A stretch of DNA of 64,000 nt from the IMG/VR virus record IMGVR_UViG_3300031227_000023, positions 25,916 through 89,915 of that record, one strand, 5' to 3'. Within the stretch, counting starts at the first letter, position 1. Each line of letters begins with the position of its first letter. The notes below the pieces were generated by a model. The model did no database searches and was not told where the DNA came from. It saw nothing but the letters and a program-made list of their open reading frames with translations. Of the stretch, positions 38,992-48,835 are shown in pieces. A program made the position numbers and the translations under genes. This DNA is from a virus.

Positions 38992-40904
38992 TTCACACCC
39001 AACTCTGCACGCTGTTGGTCAAAGTCAATTTCAATCTGCTGTTGCACACCGGCCTGATGCTGCACCTTCATCAGATGCGCCAGCAGAACACGCACTGCCC
39101 CGTTCACATCCAAATCTGCCGCCTGTGTCACGACCTGTCTGCTTGCAGCACCTTCACCTTCTCCCCCGTCTTCTGCCCCATCCTGCCCGCCCTGCTGCAC
39201 AGAACCGTCACCCTGTGCATCATCAGGTTCCACGTTCGGGTCTTCCCAGAAAGCAAATCCCTGTTGGGTCAAGGCCAACGGCTGCTGTGTCCACAATTCC
39301 ATGATCTTGTCAAAGTCCCTATTGAACACACCGGATACAATTTCCCGTGCTTCAGCAGGCGTCAAGATCCCCTGCTGCACCATCAGTGCCACCAATTTCC
39401 CAAGCACTTCCGGGTCTTGTGTGGTGGGTGACAATGAACGGAACTTCACCAACCTGATACCCAACTCATTGACCAACAACGTTTTGTTCAGGAACGCATC
39501 AAAGGCTTCCCGTTCGGGCTGAAACACTTGCTCCTCAGCTTGCCGCATTGCCGCACTTGCTGTGGCCTTGTTAAAATCTTTTGTGTCACCGATCACAATG
39601 GGTGGCAACCGGAATGCGCTGCGGATCTTGTCTGTGGCCTGTAAGTCATATTCAAGAAACAGCCCATCCTTTTCCTGTGCATGCGTCAACGGCTGAATTT
39701 CAATCTTGACCACCCCCGGCTTTTCACCCGGCACACTGAACGGTTCCCCTTCCAGCACCAAAACACTCTGGAAACTTTCACTGCCCTTCAGCTTCTTAAT
39801 ATGGTCTTTGATATTCTTGACGGTTTCGGCAGTGGCCCGCCCACCATGAACCATCACTGCCAATGCAGGCACGGTATTATTGTCTGCATATGCCCGGTTG
39901 ACGCCATCAAACTTGCGCTGCCCAACCACGGATTCACTTGTGCCGATCCAACGCGGCTGCCCGTAACTTGAACCCGCTGCGTACAGCTTAAAATGAATCA
40001 CTTCCGTGGCAGGCAAATCACCATCGGGCTTGTCCTGATCAGCATCAAAGGCAGCCATGTCAACATACACCTTGCCGGTTTTCCTGCTGATCACGCGGGT
40101 GTCGCCAAATTCTTTGAAATAGACCAATTTCCCATCACCCAAGGCTTCCACGAACGTGCGGAACTTCTTGTTGATTTTCCTGTCTTTCCACGTCAACGGG
40201 GAAACCTGCACCCGTTCTTCTATCTGCACCGGTGCCGCAATCTTCGGACGCAGCCGCATGTTTTCCGCAGGCAGGTGATTGACACGCCTTGGCTTGTTGT
40301 CTTTGGTGCGCAGGATTTCCCAATACCCATTGCCGCAGGTTTCCAAGTCAATCCGAGTCTTCCTGCGCAGGGCAATGAACGTTCCTTCACACAGACTGTC
40401 AAACCAAGTTTTTAAGGCAAACCGTTCAACCGCTTCCCTGCGCCGCAACCCATCCATCACCACCAACACTTCTTCATCAGTGGGCACGGTTGCTTCCGGC
40501 ACGTCATTATCCAACGCCAACAGCGGGTCATCCGTATCACCAAGGTACTGTTCAAGCACCATGGCTTGCCGCACGGCTTCAATGTCTTCATCCCCTGCCA
40601 ACTCATAAATGGACTCGATCCGATTCCCAAACCCATCAATGTTGGTGGCGTATGCTTCAAAGCAGCGTGGCAGGGTGGGGGAATGATCCCCCCAAAAAAA
40701 CATATGGGACAACTTCACCGGTGGCGTGATCACCCCGGCACCGCCAAACACCTTGGCATCTTCTTCTTCCGGGTCAATGTATGCCGTTGTCAACCAATCG
40801 GCAACCGCGTCTGCGGCATCTTCCTTCTGCACGCTGATCACATGCAGGGTTCCGTTTTTCCGTGTATCTTCAGCGGGCATGGCACTTGCTCCATTCGGTT
40901 GCAA
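38988..40904 (-). CDS. Portal protein (PBSX-like)
   Basis: DLETCGNGYWEI, EVIHFK..YGQPRW, IRSAFRLPPIVIG..FNKATA, GILTPAEAR. Confidence 0.92.
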   Translation of the reverse strand: MQPNGASAMPAEDTRKNGTLHVISVQKEDAADAVADWLTTAYIDPEEEDAKVFGGAGVITPPVKLSHMFFWGDHSPTLPRCFEAYATNIDGFGNRIESIYELAGDEDIEAVRQAMVLEQYLGDTDDPLLALDNDVPEATVPTDEEVLVVMDGLRRREAVERFALKTWFDSLCEGTFIALRRKTRIDLETCGNGYWEILRTKDNKPRRVNHLPAENMRLRPKIAAPVQIEERVQVSPLTWKDRKINKKFRTFVEALGDGKLVYFKEFGDTRVISRKTGKVYVDMAAFDADQDKPDGDLPATEVIHFKLYAAGSSYGQPRWIGTSESVVGQRKFDGVNRAYADNNTVPALAVMVHGGRATAETVKNIKDHIKKLKGSESFQSVLVLEGEPFSVPGEKPGVVKIEIQPLTHAQEKDGLFLEYDLQATDKIRSAFRLPPIVIGDTKDFNKATASAAMRQAEEQVFQPEREAFDAFLNKTLLVNELGIRLVKFRSLSPTTQDPEVLGKLVALMVQQGILTPAEAREIVSGVFNRDFDKIMELWTQQPLALTQQGFAFWEDPNVEPDDAQGDGSVQQGGQDGAEDGGEGEGAASRQVVTQAADLDVNGAVRVLLAHLMKVQHQAGVQQQIEIDFDQQRAELGVK

Positions 40905-40947
40905 TGATCACCACCCCGATGATAAAGCCCTACCCCGCACCGGTCAA

Positions 40948-41454
40948 TTATTCGGAATCACTTGCAGGCAGCAAGCCCATAGCACGCACGTCAACCAACA
41001 CCCTGTGTAATTCGCCAAGCAACTTCCCTTCTTCACAGTCCACCGGACACGTTGCCGGGAACCGGCCTGCAAGCCTTGCTAACACGGAAGCCATCCGTTT
41101 TGCTATATCGTACACTTCACCTGTTGCTTTTTCCTGATCGGCAAGCAGCCGCGTGAACGTGTCCACATGCGTCTGTATTTGCGCCACAATCTTCTCATCA
41201 AACACTTCAACACCTTCATTCTCCGGGCAGCACTCACAGTTCCCATGCAGGCACGCTTCACACACCCGGTTGTACTCCATAGAACCGTGATTGACAAATC
41301 TCATGCCCCGATTGGTGGCCAGCACCTTCAAGTCATCCGAATCATCACTATGAACTTCCACAATCCTATCACGCACCGATTCACGCAACGCAGGAAGAAA
41401 CACACGGAACACCACCGCAGCCACAGCAACCCTGAGCAGCTTGCTTCTCATCAT
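40948..41454 (-). CDS. Hypothetical protein with Cys cluster
   Basis: Likely start MMRSKL at 41454; CEACLHGNCECCP. Confidence 0.5.
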   Translation of the reverse strand: MMRSKLLRVAVAAVVFRVFLPALRESVRDRIVEVHSDDSDDLKVLATNRGMRFVNHGSMEYNRVCEACLHGNCECCPENEGVEVFDEKIVAQIQTHVDTFTRLLADQEKATGEVYDIAKRMASVLARLAGRFPATCPVDCEEGKLLGELHRVLVDVRAMGLLPASDSE

Positions 41455-41455
41455 G

Positions 41456-41731
41456 TCATTCCCCGCAATCCATCTGGACACCGCCATACGCTCCATTAAC
41501 GAACGCAACGCACTGCCGATAATTCCCATACCTGTTGGGGCACATGCAGTTGTAAACATGCCTGAAGTCTTCCATGTCCAGCACCACGCAATCACACTGC
41601 CCGTCAACCCGCCCGGATTCGTTCCGCTGCACATGCTCTGCCGCAACCTGATCAGCCGGGCACCCCACGTTCAGCACCACAAGCCCGATCACCACGAACG
41701 CCAACACAAGCAACCACTTATTCACCATCAT
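41456..41731 (-). CDS. Putative small Cys-rich lipoprotein
   Basis: Basic N-terminus + hydrophobic stretch + LNVGC lipobox-like motif. Confidence 0.5.
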   Translation of the reverse strand: MMVNKWLLVLAFVVIGLVVLNVGCPADQVAAEHVQRNESGRVDGQCDCVVLDMEDFRHVYNCMCPNRYGNYRQCVAFVNGAYGGVQMDCGE

Positions 41732-42000
41732 GATTCATTCCCTTCGCTTTGATCTTGATCACCATCACACTTTGCCATGCAGCTTGCACACCATACATGA
41801 CCCAATATTCCGTTCGTCCACCCTTCAGGAAACGGGATGCTTGCAACCACGTCCATGCTCAATTCACCAACCCTGTGCCCCTTAATCGACACATCACCGC
41901 ACACCTGCTTCAAAACCCCACACCCCGCGCACCGGTAATTCCACACCCGTGACAGTTCAGCCATCACCACCCCACCTTTCACCACTTTGGCAAATACCAA
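41728..42000 (-). CDS. Small zinc-finger-like protein
   Basis: CAGC...PEGW...WCASC. Confidence 0.5.
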   Translation of the reverse strand: MVFAKVVKGGVVMAELSRVWNYRCAGCGVLKQVCGDVSIKGHRVGELSMDVVASIPFPEGWTNGILGHVWCASCMAKCDGDQDQSEGNES

Positions 42001-42212
42001 TGCTCAAGTTTATCCACGTTATCAAGCACGCGCTGCCTGTCTGCATCAACCGTTTCCCCGGCCTTGCACTTCTGTTCAAGGATTTGCAGTTGCAGCTTGG
42101 CTAATTCCACCTTGGCAAGCACCGTTTGCGCAGCAGCCAATTCCTTGGCAGCACTAACCAACGTCTTCCCATCATTGTAATCAAGCCTGAATGCATCCGA
42201 CATCACACACAC
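41979..42212 (-). CDS. Hypothetical protein
   Basis: 77-aa coupled ORF. Confidence 0.5.
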   Translation of the reverse strand: MCVMSDAFRLDYNDGKTLVSAAKELAAAQTVLAKVELAKLQLQILEQKCKAGETVDADRQRVLDNVDKLEHWYLPKW

Positions 42213-42628
42213 CCGTTGTAAATTTTGTTGATCATGTCACCGCACCATTCAACCCGGTGCCGGTGGATCTTCTCTTGCACCGGATCAATGCTGCCCGGCA
42301 CGCGGCACGCCCTTTCACCCTTCAACTCTTCTTCCCGGATAGCACTGAACACCCCTGCCAGCCGCGCCCGTTCATCCATCACGCCCCGCGCATGCGCTTC
42401 TTCATGGCCTTCCACCACGTCGCCATCCTGATACCCCATGATCGCACTCGGCACCCCGTCAACCCACGGTCCACTCGACTGCACAGGCGCATCAACCAAA
42501 TCCTGATCTTCCCCATGCGCCTTCACCTTGGCTGCCGCATCAATCAAAGCCTGTTCAATCGCACCCACCAACGTCTTCCCCGGATACGCTTGCCGCAACG
42601 GTTCTGTCTTGATTATTACCCTGAACAT
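42203..42628 (-). CDS. Hypothetical protein
   Basis: 141-aa ORF with RBS. Confidence 0.55.
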   Translation of the reverse strand: MFRVIIKTEPLRQAYPGKTLVGAIEQALIDAAAKVKAHGEDQDLVDAPVQSSGPWVDGVPSAIMGYQDGDVVEGHEEAHARGVMDERARLAGVFSAIREEELKGERACRVPGSIDPVQEKIHRHRVEWCGDMINKIYNGCV

Positions 42629-42729
42629 GGCACTTCACCCCTTCCTGTTTTTCACTGAAAAGAAACCATTCATGTCCGGGAGTTTTCGCACCCGGTTCAT
42701 TTCCCATTGTTCCTTCTTCCTTCATTCAT

Positions 42730-43092
42730 TCAATAACAACCTGCGGCTTGCCGTTCCTTCACAACACGTGCGGACAACAGGCCACCACATTTCTTGCTGC
42801 ACGTCTTCACCTTGTACAGACCCGGTTCAAACATCTCCCCGCATACAGGGCACTTCGCTACGGTAATTCCATACTGCCGCCTATCCGTGGCACGGAAGCA
42901 TTCTTCCAGCTTCCTTTCAACACCAGGGAGATACTTTTTATAATACACCACAGCGATACCGCGCAAACACCCCGGACAATCCATGGCTTCGCTCCGGTTG
43001 ATGCACTGCACCGCTGTCAGTTCCCGGCCTGTATACTTACACTGCACCACCGACACCACAGGCCGGGGTTCCAATAAGCTATTCACCCTCAT
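42730..43092 (-). CDS. Zinc-ribbon protein
   Basis: CPGC, CPVCGEMF..TCSKKC; likely start MRVNS. Confidence 0.55.
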   Translation of the reverse strand: MRVNSLLEPRPVVSVVQCKYTGRELTAVQCINRSEAMDCPGCLRGIAVVYYKKYLPGVERKLEECFRATDRRQYGITVAKCPVCGEMFEPGLYKVKTCSKKCGGLLSARVVKERQAAGCY

Positions 43093-43579
43093 CTTCTTCA
43101 CCCCTTTCATCAACAAGCACCGGCCCGGACGGCTGCCCACCGGGAAGAAAATTCCCACGGTGCGGTTCAGTCAACCCACGCCACCCTTCAATATTCTTAA
43201 AAGGCACCGGCCCTTCAACCAACCCATCCATATCAACGATGAACTCTTTAATGTCCAATTCCACCAACGGGGAACGCATCAACGCTTCCGTGGTCTGCAT
43301 CATTATCACAAGACCCCTGCGCCACTGTTCAAATGCCTTCACCACATACGCAACAGATTCCCCTTCACCTTCAGGGAACTGGAAGCACGGGCCATGGTGC
43401 CCGTTCCTTGTCAGCACAAACGCCCAATCAACCTGTGCATGTTCATCAGGCTTCCACCCCTTACCAAGCCCAACATAAAGCCGGTGCCGTTCGCACTCTG
43501 TCACCCACATGCTGCCAAACAAATTCACCCACCCCCGCCAATGCATGCCCTGCAATTCATGAACATCAACCAACATCAC
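43079..43579 (-). CDS. Hypothetical protein
   Basis: 166-aa coupled ORF. Confidence 0.55.
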   Translation of the reverse strand: MMLVDVHELQGMHWRGWVNLFGSMWVTECERHRLYVGLGKGWKPDEHAQVDWAFVLTRNGHHGPCFQFPEGEGESVAYVVKAFEQWRRGLVIMMQTTEALMRSPLVELDIKEFIVDMDGLVEGPVPFKNIEGWRGLTEPHRGNFLPGGQPSGPVLVDERGEEDEGE

Positions 43580-43824
43580 TTGCCCCTTTCATGCGCACCG
43601 CTTTCAAGCAGCGTGGCCATCTGATCAAGCACAACCCACCGATCCCCCGCCCTGATCGAATCCAGCTTTTTCCCGGCAGCCCGCGCCGCAACAGCCTTCT
43701 TCTTCCACGTGGCAGCAACACCGCGCACCACCTGCACGCAGGCTTCCCGCTCGTCATCAATTCCATCTTCAAACGTTTGCATTATTCGGTTACACTCCCA
43801 CCCTTCGCCACCGTCCTGAACCAC
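43576..43824 (-). CDS. Hypothetical protein
   Basis: GIDDEREAC small phage-protein motif. Confidence 0.45.
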   Translation of the reverse strand: MVQDGGEGWECNRIMQTFEDGIDDEREACVQVVRGVAATWKKKAVAARAAGKKLDSIRAGDRWVVLDQMATLLESGAHERGK

Positions 43825-44195
43825 GGCCAGAAATGTTCTATAACCCCAGAATCAGCGGACGGACCAAACCACACCCACGCAACCAAAGGCTTCACTGCAC
43901 AGTGCTTGCCTTCTTCCGTGGTCAGAACATAATCGCCGGGGCACACAATCCCGTTCCCCCCGTTCACCCCACACCGCTGATCAATCCAACCATGTTCATG
44001 GTATGTCTGCCCGCACATCGGACACAGGGCAGTGCCCGGTGCATCAGGGTGCCCACGGAACCTGCGCACAACCAACCCTTCAGGATCAGGGATGCTGCCA
44101 ACCCGCATTTCCCCACCACCCCCGCCTTCACGATCATCGGGGTGGTCGCCATTCTTGAACCACCTACAGAACCGGATCGTTTTGCTTCCCATCAC
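43782..44195 (-). CDS. Hypothetical phage protein (WFKNGDHP...HGWID...VCPGD family)
   Basis: Motif pattern common in phage accessory genes. Confidence 0.6.
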   Translation of the reverse strand: MMGSKTIRFCRWFKNGDHPDDREGGGGGEMRVGSIPDPEGLVVRRFRGHPDAPGTALCPMCGQTYHEHGWIDQRCGVNGGNGIVCPGDYVLTTEEGKHCAVKPLVAWVWFGPSADSGVIEHFWPWFRTVAKGGSVTE

Positions 44196-44205
44196 CCACC
44201 ACCTT

Positions 44206-44673
44206 TCAAATGATCAAGCCCATTTTTATAAACTCTTCACGCACCGCGCCGGTATCAATGCCCATGATTGCATCATGCAAGTCTTGTATTGAACGCACGT
44301 TTTCAGGCAGCCCGCACCACTTCTTCACTTGCCGCAGCCGGTGGACCATATCAATGGCAACACACGTTCCCATCACATGGACACGGGGCAGTTCCTTCAA
44401 CCCCTTCCCCAACACGAACCCAAGTGCAAGCTGTGTTAGCTTATACACATCACGCACAGCAGGGGCATCACCATCCCTGAAGCCCGGCAGCAAATCAAAC
44501 TGTTTCTGCATGTCTGCTTCAGACCGGCACGCCCGCATGTTCAATACACTGATAATGGGAAGGCCACCAATGCTTTCCCCGCGCACCGCACGCCTGAACG
44601 CTGCCCGCAACTCGTCTTCAGTATCCATGGCCACCGCTTCTTCTTCCGACATCACAGCACCCCTTTCATCCAT
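44206..44673 (-). CDS. Hypothetical protein
   Basis: 155-aa ORF. Confidence 0.5.
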   Translation of the reverse strand: MDERGAVMSEEEAVAMDTEDELRAAFRRAVRGESIGGLPIISVLNMRACRSEADMQKQFDLLPGFRDGDAPAVRDVYKLTQLALGFVLGKGLKELPRVHVMGTCVAIDMVHRLRQVKKWCGLPENVRSIQDLHDAIMGIDTGAVREEFIKMGLII

Positions 44674-44771
44674 GCAACCAAAGGAACCAACACCCCGAAC
44701 ACCACCACATTCCGTTCACGATCAGGTTCATCGAACCCCCACAGCACGGGCAGAATTTCAACACCATGGCT

Positions 44772-45101
44772 TCAACCCTTCACCGAACGGTTCAACTCTG
44801 CATTTTCCGCAAGTGCTCGATACCGACCACGCACATCATCCAACCTCAACATGTCAGCAAGCCGCACCACTTCCCAATAAAACCCCGCCGCCCATCCCCA
44901 CAGGTACGGTGCCAATTCAACAGCAAGCATTGCTTCATCAGCCTGCAATTTCCCACGGAATGCCGCAGTTGTCATTTCCCACAACAACTTTTCTTCAACA
45001 CTGCCCGTGATCAATCGACCCCTCGAAGGAATATTCTGCTTGCGCACCTTTGCCATAGAATCAAAACACCGCACAGCTTTAGCAACACTTGATTCACCCA
45101 T
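44772..45101 (-). CDS. Hypothetical protein
   Basis: 109-aa ORF with GGAG RBS. Confidence 0.55.
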   Translation of the reverse strand: MGESSVAKAVRCFDSMAKVRKQNIPSRGRLITGSVEEKLLWEMTTAAFRGKLQADEAMLAVELAPYLWGWAAGFYWEVVRLADMLRLDDVRGRYRALAENAELNRSVKG

Positions 45102-45104
45102 GAT

Positions 45105-45464
45105 TCAACTCCTTTCAGTCCTGCGCTTCTGCGCCTTCAGGTTTCGCACTTGCCGCTTCAACTCTGCAATCTCTTCACCGTGCCGTGTCCGCTGTGCCTT
45201 GAACCACGCAAGGTGCTGTTCGTAGTATTCCCAGTGGCGTGCGAACTCCACCACCACATCGAACGGGTCAAGGAACGCGCCGCACGTCTTGCATTCAACA
45301 ACGCGCTGTTCCACGTTCACATTCTTCAGCTTGTGCTTGCACTGCTTGTGAAGACCCTGAACACGGAACAGTATTTCTTCCCGCTGCTCCGATCCAACAG
45401 AAGGAAAGAACACAACCCGATCCCCCAACCCATCATCTTTGCTTTCATCACCCATGACTTGCAC
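45105..45464 (-). CDS. Zinc-ribbon + coiled-coil protein
   Basis: CKH..VECKTCGAFLDPFD. Confidence 0.6.
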   Translation of the reverse strand: MQVMGDESKDDGLGDRVVFFPSVGSEQREEILFRVQGLHKQCKHKLKNVNVEQRVVECKTCGAFLDPFDVVVEFARHWEYYEQHLAWFKAQRTRHGEEIAELKRQVRNLKAQKRRTERS

Positions 45465-45476
45465 CCCGCAATCAGT

Positions 45477-45656
45477 TCACTTCATAGTGCGGCACCCACC
45501 AACAATCAACGACTTGACCTTTTTTCCATCACCAACGCACCGACTAGAAAGACATTCATCGTTCCGGTAATGTGGAATTGAATGCGCACACTCATCCACA
45601 CCCTGCACCTTGCACTCTGCCGTGCCCGCCTTCGGGCAAACAATTTTAGCACCCAT
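45477..45656 (-). CDS. 59-aa Cys/His-rich protein (below the ORF-track cutoff)
   Basis: Manual translation MGAKIVCPKAGTAECKVQGVDECAHSIPHYRNDECLSSRC... Confidence 0.5.
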   Translation of the reverse strand: MGAKIVCPKAGTAECKVQGVDECAHSIPHYRNDECLSSRCVGDGKKVKSLIVGGCRTMK

Positions 45657-45678
45657 ACCGCACCACCGTTTCTTCTAG

Positions 45679-45912
45679 CTATTCAGCCACAGGAACACAA
45701 CTACATAAAACATTCGGGTGGACAAGTTCACACACTGTTTCTTCAGAACAACACCAATCAGAGCGGACAAGTTCATCATGAGGATTTGCATGATAGCAAA
45801 CTGAATGACGCCCACCATCCGTCATGTAATCACAGCGTTCGGACTGCCTTGCATGATCACAAACGACCTTACCCGCCTTGCTGCATGTAGTCTTGTCTTC
45901 ACCCATGGCCAT
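45679..45912 (-). CDS. Cys/His-rich small protein
   Basis: AAGGAG RBS; CSKAG..C...CYHANPH..CC..C. Confidence 0.55.
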   Translation of the reverse strand: MAMGEDKTTCSKAGKVVCDHARQSERCDYMTDGGRHSVCYHANPHDELVRSDWCCSEETVCELVHPNVLCSCVPVAE

Positions 45913-45971
45913 TGCTCCTTCAATTGATCCAACCGAACACACCCGTACCATACGCACTGCACAGCCACCTG

Positions 45972-47210
45972 TCACCCGTTGTCAACCTGCACCGATCCAT
46001 CTTCAATCACAATTCCAACCTTGCCGGTCTCATCAACCACTTCCACCCACACCTGATACCCACCGGAACCTGCCATCTCCTCTATAATCTCCATTGATTT
46101 GGAATCCAACAAGCTGCCATCAGTGATGAGGATCACCTTCAACTCTGGGTTTGCCGCCATGGCAATGGCAAGGGAAACACGCAACTGTTCTGCACTGCTA
46201 GCCTGATCCAAGGGAAGCCCGTTGTAAGTCACTTCACCATCACCAAAACTCAACCCATCAACAGGGAAGGTTGCGGATTCCAGGGCATCAGCCTTGCGCT
46301 TATCAATCGCCTTCATCTTGTCTGTCAGTGTACCGGACAACGCCACGGCTTTCTCATGCTCTGCCTTGACCCGTTCGTGATCATCGTACATTGCAGCAAG
46401 CCTGTTCGTTTCCCCGGCATTGGCAATCTTTGCCCTGATGGAATCGACATCCTTGTCAACCCTGGAAGTAACCTCATCCTGTGCTTTACGCACCGCTTCT
46501 TCCACATCACTTTTCTCTGCACTCAGATCCTTGATCTTTTTATTTATCTCAATGATCTGATCCAACTTGACTTTCAGGTAATCCCCGAACCGCTTGTTTT
46601 CTTCGTTGTATTCCCGCCCCGCATCCAATTCCTTCATCAACTCTGCGGTGTCCACCCGCACCGGAACCACATCGCAATCGTCAAGATTGCTTTCATCCCT
46701 CTTAACACGCAACCGCTTGACATCCCGGTTGGTATCAGCACGCTGGCTTTCAGCAAACGCCCGCTGCCCGTTCAGCGTGTCAATGTCAACGTCCAACGTC
46801 ACCATGGATTGCAACGTATCGAACTGCGCACGCTTGTCCTGCCTGATGAACTCGGTTGGATCAAAACTCAACCCGTTGAACAGCTTGTTAAGCATTGCCT
46901 GCGGCTTTTTGAATACCGATAAAAGCCCTTTTGACTCCACCGTAAGCACACCGCCGCCTGCCTCCGTAAACGTTCGCTCCACCACCATGTCGCCAAGGTC
47001 AAGCTTAATCTTGCCCTTCTTTTCACCCTTGCGCAACGGCACATCAGGAATGTTTTTTGCGCCGCCAATCGCACACATGATGGAATCAAGCACACTCGAT
47101 TTGCCAACCCCGTTCGCGCCGGTGATCACAACGGTGCTCCGATCCCCCGGAAAGATTTGAATGGCCTTTAATCGCTTGACGTTTTCCACACAAAGTTCAA
47201 TGATTTTCAT
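45972..47210 (-). CDS. SMC/Rad50-like AAA ATPase with coiled coil (phage recombination-type)
   Basis: ENVKRLK, Walker A GANGVGKSS, ASSAEQLRVSLAI signature, ILITDGSLLD. Confidence 0.85.
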   Translation of the reverse strand: MKIIELCVENVKRLKAIQIFPGDRSTVVITGANGVGKSSVLDSIMCAIGGAKNIPDVPLRKGEKKGKIKLDLGDMVVERTFTEAGGGVLTVESKGLLSVFKKPQAMLNKLFNGLSFDPTEFIRQDKRAQFDTLQSMVTLDVDIDTLNGQRAFAESQRADTNRDVKRLRVKRDESNLDDCDVVPVRVDTAELMKELDAGREYNEENKRFGDYLKVKLDQIIEINKKIKDLSAEKSDVEEAVRKAQDEVTSRVDKDVDSIRAKIANAGETNRLAAMYDDHERVKAEHEKAVALSGTLTDKMKAIDKRKADALESATFPVDGLSFGDGEVTYNGLPLDQASSAEQLRVSLAIAMAANPELKVILITDGSLLDSKSMEIIEEMAGSGGYQVWVEVVDETGKVGIVIEDGSVQVDNG

Positions 47211-47293
47211 CGTTCACCCTTTCGATTGGTCCAACAGTACAATACGAACCATACACACCCCCCATCCACACTGCAAGAAAATTCTTCCACCTG

Positions 47294-48835
47294 TTAATCC
47301 AGACTGTACGCCCGCACGCCACCCCTGTCTTGCTGATCCTTGACACCAAAGAAGACATCAGTGCCCCACAGCACACCCTGCGTGAACGCATCACGCATAT
47401 CGTTGCCCTGCTTTATGGCATCCAACAACTGCGTGATCAGGCACCCCCGGCTGCCGTCCACCACATCAGGCTTCAACGTGTCGCTGAACAGCACGTTGCC
47501 CCGCTGCATGTATGGCGTCACCATCTTTGTCCGCTCATCCTTGGACACGTGCGGCTTGAACCCATGCGCCCTAATCCAAGGTTCTTCCCTGTGCAGGAAC
47601 TTCAACAGGCTTTCTTGATAGCCAATGGTTTCAATCACGACTTCAGCACCCAACCGCTTGGCATCACCCTTGATACTATCAACCTGTTCGGGGAAGTCCA
47701 TGCGCTTGCGCCACGCATCCAACACCACCATTTTGCGCTGCCGCGAATCCAATGCAATCAACACGCAGGCTGTGTAATTCGCATCATCACCCTTGCTGCT
47801 TGCAAGGTCATATGAAAGCAAGAATATCTTGTTGGCCCTGCCCATCTTGGCAAGGTTCACATACTTGATCCACTCTTCACGCACCAACGTTTCATCGTCT
47901 GCACTTGGCAGAAGTTGGAACGCACGGGCATATTCCACTGCCCCAATATCAACGTATTTTTCCCGCAGGATTCGTTCGGGCCAACGCTCTGGCCAAATCG
48001 AACCAAACAGCCCGTCAACGGGGAATGATAAGTGTTTATAGTTTGGGTTTGTTTTGATGTCGGCAGACAGATCAGCCCGGTGCCATGGCGTGAACAGATA
48101 CCAGATGCGCCCGCTTGGCTCAAGTGTGTTCATCCAATCCGATTTCCACGCCCTGATAACTTCCGGCCTTAACTTTGGTTGCGTCAACGCATTCCTGCGC
48201 CCCACCGGGTCATCACCGAACAGCAGATCAGCACGGCTGCCCGTACCCGGTGACAGCACACCACGCCCTTCCAATGACGGGTCACGCATGATCTTGCGCC
48301 GGTGCAGGGTCAACCTTGCCTTGCTCCAATCCCCCTCATCAGCAGCACGCAGGTGCGGGAACACCTTCTGCACCCGGTGGTTGTGCGTGATCAACTGCCG
48401 CACCTCCCACACCCTATCACGGGCACGCGGGTCTGATTCTCCAATCACCTTCACGCGCAAATCAGGGTTGTGCCCAAACTCCCACACCAACCGATCAACA
48501 CCCTGTGAAGTCTTGCCGCCATCACGAATTACTTCAACAGCCACCTTCTGATGCTTGCCAAGTGCAGCTTGCATTTCTTCATGAAACCAAGCCTGCCTCA
48601 TAAAATCAGGATCATCCCCATTGATATATTCAATAAATGCGTTCGGGTCTGTGCGGGCTTCACGCTTGCGGATTTCATCCACAATCTTTGTGGCACTGAC
48701 CAACTCTGCCCGTGAATATTTGTGCAGATCCTTGTCAGGGATGGTGGTTAAATAAGAACGGGGTGGCCGCCAACGCTTGGCAACCTGCCCCATCCCATTG
48801 CTTGGAATTCGTTTGCCCAATGTACCTTCACACAC
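47294..48835 (-). CDS. terL: Terminase large subunit
   Basis: RDGGKTS Walker A, RADLLFGDDP Walker B, TPWHRADL, WPERWP, SYDLAS and DMRDA RNase H motifs. Confidence 0.9.
   Translation of the reverse strand: MCEGTLGKRIPSNGMGQVAKRWRPPRSYLTTIPDKDLHKYSRAELVSATKIVDEIRKREARTDPNAFIEYINGDDPDFMRQAWFHEEMQAALGKHQKVAVEVIRDGGKTSQGVDRLVWEFGHNPDLRVKVIGESDPRARDRVWEVRQLITHNHRVQKVFPHLRAADEGDWSKARLTLHRRKIMRDPSLEGRGVLSPGTGSRADLLFGDDPVGRRNALTQPKLRPEVIRAWKSDWMNTLEPSGRIWYLFTPWHRADLSADIKTNPNYKHLSFPVDGLFGSIWPERWPERILREKYVDIGAVEYARAFQLLPSADDETLVREEWIKYVNLAKMGRANKIFLLSYDLASSKGDDANYTACVLIALDSRQRKMVVLDAWRKRMDFPEQVDSIKGDAKRLGAEVVIETIGYQESLLKFLHREEPWIRAHGFKPHVSKDERTKMVTPYMQRGNVLFSDTLKPDVVDGSRGCLITQLLDAIKQGNDMRDAFTQGVLWGTDVFFGVKDQQDRGGVRAYSLD

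Noticed and set aside
40948-41731. Spanin pair / lysis cassette
   Set aside because: Gene order and sequences do not match i-/o-spanins, and no endolysin or holin was recognised
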